Shown here: piece by piece, positions 61,592 through 64,000 of the stretch
Position numbering within the stretch: position 1 is the first letter of the stretch
Layout of the letters: the number at the start of each line of letters is the position of its first letter
Assembly: GCA_963826785.1 (NCBI GenBank)
Contig: CAWGYD010000006.1
Coordinates: forward strand, 1-64,000
Source of the DNA: an uncultured delta proteobacterium
GTDB taxonomy: Bacteria; Desulfobacterota; Desulfobacteria; Desulfobacterales; Desulfosalsimonadaceae
Length of the DNA stretch: 64,000 bases
Direction of reading: 5' to 3'
The notes under the pieces: generated by a model
The model's database searches: none
Told to the model about the DNA's origin: nothing
The model's input: the letters and a program-made list of their open reading frames with translations, nothing else
Translations under genes and position numbers: made by a program

Positions 61592-64000
61592 GCGCCTCGT
61601 ATTCCCATTCCCGCCAACCCGCCAGCCGGGGATAATACAGCCCCAGACGGATGGGCCGGTCTTCCGATGCGGCCATGAGCCTGGCGTATTTCTGCATCTG
61701 GGGGAGATAGCGTTCCTGTTCCCGGTCGAGAAATTCGGCCGTGGATCCGCCTTCGTGGGTTCCGGTCTTGTAGTCGATAATCCAGCGGGTGCCGTCCGGG
61801 TCCACAAACGTCCGGTCCATCACCACGCTGATGACCTCATCGTCGATTCTGCCGGTCAGGGCGAACTCGCAGGCGCTTTTCTCGTGTTTCGACAATATCC
61901 AGGTTCCCCTTTCATCTGCCAGCATGTTGATTAATGCGGACATCACCTGGTTTGCCGCTTCCCCAATCGGGCTTTTGTTTTCAGGAGGGGCGCCCGGCGG
62001 CGGGTCGGGCACCATACCGGCCCGAACCAGATCCTGCTCAAAAAAATGGCGCATGTTCTTGATCCGTTCGACGGGCCAGCGTTCTATCCCCTGCTCACAG
62101 ATGATCCGGAGCCAGTCATGAATGACAATCCCCACCAGCCGGGCGGCTTCCCCCGCCCAGTCAAATACCGGCATTGCGTCGGGCACCTTTATTTCCGGGT
62201 GGTGCCGGTATTCGGGGCTTTTTTCTGCATCCGGCGGCGGCGCCGGCATTTTCCAGGTGCGATTCAGACGCCGGATATGGGGAATGGTGATCTGCCCCCG
62301 CGTGTCTTTGGAAGCCGGGGAAGCACATTTACCCTCTTGCGCCGCGGCACGGGTGAAACTGTCCTCCACCGCCGGCCAGAGGGCATGAAGCAGCGATTTT
62401 GAATCCGGGGACTTTACCCGCCCGGGTTCTTCCGCCGGAGCGGCGCCGCCGATCACGTGCAGCTGTTTTCTGGCCCGGGTGACGGCGACATAGAGGAGCC
62501 GGGTATCTTCGAAGGCGCGCTTTTTCGAATGGAGTGCACTGATAAAGTCATAAATGGGATTTTGCTGCCCCCCGGCCCCGGAGATGGGCGCCAGCAGCAG
62601 CCGGCTTTCCTCATTTACGCTTCGCTCCAGCCAGAGCAGAAGCTGCTTTTCCGAACCATGGGGTTTGCGTTCCAACCCCGGCAGGATGACCGTATCAAAT
62701 TCCAGCCCCTTGGCCTTGTGGATGGTCATGACCTGGAGATTTTCCTCCGACTCGGCATCGAAAACCGCATACAGCTTCGAAAGCGCCGATTCCAGGGCGG
62801 CCGCATCAATCCAGGGGTCTGCCTGCTGATCCAGAAGATCGAAAAAAGCCCTCGTATCCGTAAGATCGGATATGGAGAACACGCAGGCCGGTCCGCCCAA
62901 CGCCAGCCAGGCCCCTTCCACCTGCCGCCGGAATGATCTTTTGGACCGGTTACCCATAATCGGCGCCAGGACACTCATGACCCGGGTCAGCCGCTCCCGG
63001 CCGTCTTGGCTCAGTTCCGCCAGGCGCGCGGGATCTCTTGCGATTTCATACACGGTCCGCCCGGGGGCGCCGTCCACCAGTTTGTACATATCCGAAAGCA
63101 GCAGCCCGCACCAGGGGGCCCTCAGCACCGCCAGCCATGCGATCCGGTCCGCCGGGTGGGAAAGGGCCCGGGCCAGGGAGACAAGGTCCCGGATAACGAC
63201 CCGGTCCTTCAGGGATTCAATCTCCACTGCCCGGAACTTAAGCCCGGCCTCCTTTAATTTTGGCACGATCCGTTCCAGGTGGGGACGGCTTCGCACCAGG
63301 ATGGCGATGGTTCCATCGGGGTCCCGGCGGCGCGCCTGATGAATGCATTGGACCACAAGTTTGGCCTCCCCTTCCTTGTCCGCGGGCACCAGCGGGTGGA
63401 CGGCCACGGATGCGCCCACACCTTCGGGATGAAAGGCCGCGGCTTTCGCATAGGAGACCGCACCGGTGGTGATATTCTCTACTGCCGGCATGATGACGGG
63501 AAAACAGGCGTTTACCCATTCCACGATCTGCTGCTGGGAGCGGAAATTGACCGAAAGTGTAAGCGGATGCAGGTCGATATTTTCCAGGCCCTGCTTTCGT
63601 GCCTTGAGAAAAAGCCCCACCTCGGCCTCCCGGAAGGCGTAAATGGACTGCATGGGATCGCCCACGGCAAAAAAGGTGCGGCCGTCACCCGGTTCCCACC
63701 CGGCAGTGAGCTGTTCCAGGAGTTTGAACTGGGTAAAGCTGGTATCCTGAAATTCGTCAATCAGGATATGCCAAAGACGGTAATCCATTGACAGCGTCAG
63801 ATCGGTGGGCTGGTCCGGGGGGCCCAGGGCGGCTCCTGCCCGAAGCGCCACCTCGGCAAAATCCACCTGCCCCGCCTGGGCAAACACCAGCTGCAAGTGG
63901 CCCACCGCCACGGTGAGGATTTCAAACAGAGCGCGCATGATCTGCCACTGATCGTCCTCATACCGGTCCGGAGGCAGCCCCCTCACCCCCTGCAGAAGTC
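61575..64000 (-). CDS. AddA/RecB-like UvrD helicase with a C-terminal PD-(D/E)XK nuclease (runs off the window)
   Basis: ILIDEFQDTS, VGDPMQSIYAFR, NFRS, MTIHKAKGLEFD, LLYVAVTRAR and DRTFVD...IIDYKTG. Confidence 0.92.
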   Translation of the reverse strand, partial: LLQGVRGLPPDRYEDDQWQIMRALFEILTVAVGHLQLVFAQAGQVDFAEVALRAGAALGPPDQPTDLTLSMDYRLWHILIDEFQDTSFTQFKLLEQLTAGWEPGDGRTFFAVGDPMQSIYAFREAEVGLFLKARKQGLENIDLHPLTLSVNFRSQQQIVEWVNACFPVIMPAVENITTGAVSYAKAAAFHPEGVGASVAVHPLVPADKEGEAKLVVQCIHQARRRDPDGTIAILVRSRPHLERIVPKLKEAGLKFRAVEIESLKDRVVIRDLVSLARALSHPADRIAWLAVLRAPWCGLLLSDMYKLVDGAPGRTVYEIARDPARLAELSQDGRERLTRVMSVLAPIMGNRSKRSFRRQVEGAWLALGGPACVFSISDLTDTRAFFDLLDQQADPWIDAAALESALSKLYAVFDAESEENLQVMTIHKAKGLEFDTVILPGLERKPHGSEKQLLLWLERSVNEESRLLLAPISGAGGQQNPIYDFISALHSKKRAFEDTRLLYVAVTRARKQLHVIGGAAPAEEPGRVKSPDSKSLLHALWPAVEDSFTRAAAQEGKCASPASKDTRGQITIPHIRRLNRTWKMPAPPPDAEKSPEYRHHPEIKVPDAMPVFDWAGEAARLVGIVIHDWLRIICEQGIERWPVERIKNMRHFFEQDLVRAGMVPDPPPGAPPENKSPIGEAANQVMSALINMLADERGTWILSKHEKSACEFALTGRIDDEVISVVMDRTFVDPDGTRWIIDYKTGTHEGGSTAEFLDREQERYLPQMQKYARLMAASEDRPIRLGLYYPRLAGWREWEYEALKAGG

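Noticed and set aside
1..64000. tRNA, rRNA, intact IS or prophage genes
   Set aside because: None recognised by eye; a covariance-model scan was not possible.

Overview
GC-rich bacterial DNA. Gene content, a selenoprotein and the intergenic repeat types suggest an anaerobic Desulfobacterota-like organism (inference). About a dozen single-base indels split otherwise intact genes, typical of long-read assembly. (1) 0.3-7.5 kb: hybrid sensor kinase, RelE/HTH toxin-antitoxin pair, hypothetical genes and a Fic remnant, interleaved with a degenerate direct repeat. (2) 7.6-31.4 kb: a lipid-catabolic cluster with 3 acyl-CoA ligases, 3 acyl-CoA dehydrogenase genes and two paralogous Ltp4/Ltp3-like Cys-less thiolase-fold (retro-aldolase-type) modules with DUF35 partners. 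One partner is a ligase-3xSCP2-DUF35 fusion. The cluster has MaoC and crotonase hydratases, no 3-hydroxyacyl-CoA dehydrogenase, and a downstream aldehyde:ferredoxin oxidoreductase. It is a candidate anaerobic aldolytic beta-oxidation system for branched or sterol-type acyl chains. (3) 31.7-36.5 kb: stress/redox genes, including a DsbA/FrnE selenoprotein truncated by the ORF track (in-frame UGA in a UxxC motif plus a SECIS-like hairpin). (4) 36.5-51 kb: a defence/TA-rich region (AbiE-like pair, NUDIX plus SauUSI-like nuclease-helicase, MNT-HepT pairs, HicBA, SNF2 plus SWIM). (5) 51-64 kb: prfC, an RND efflux operon, gene remnants and an AddA-like helicase-nuclease. Several families of palindromic intergenic repeats are scattered throughout. 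All protein calls come from motif recognition by eye, not from database searches.
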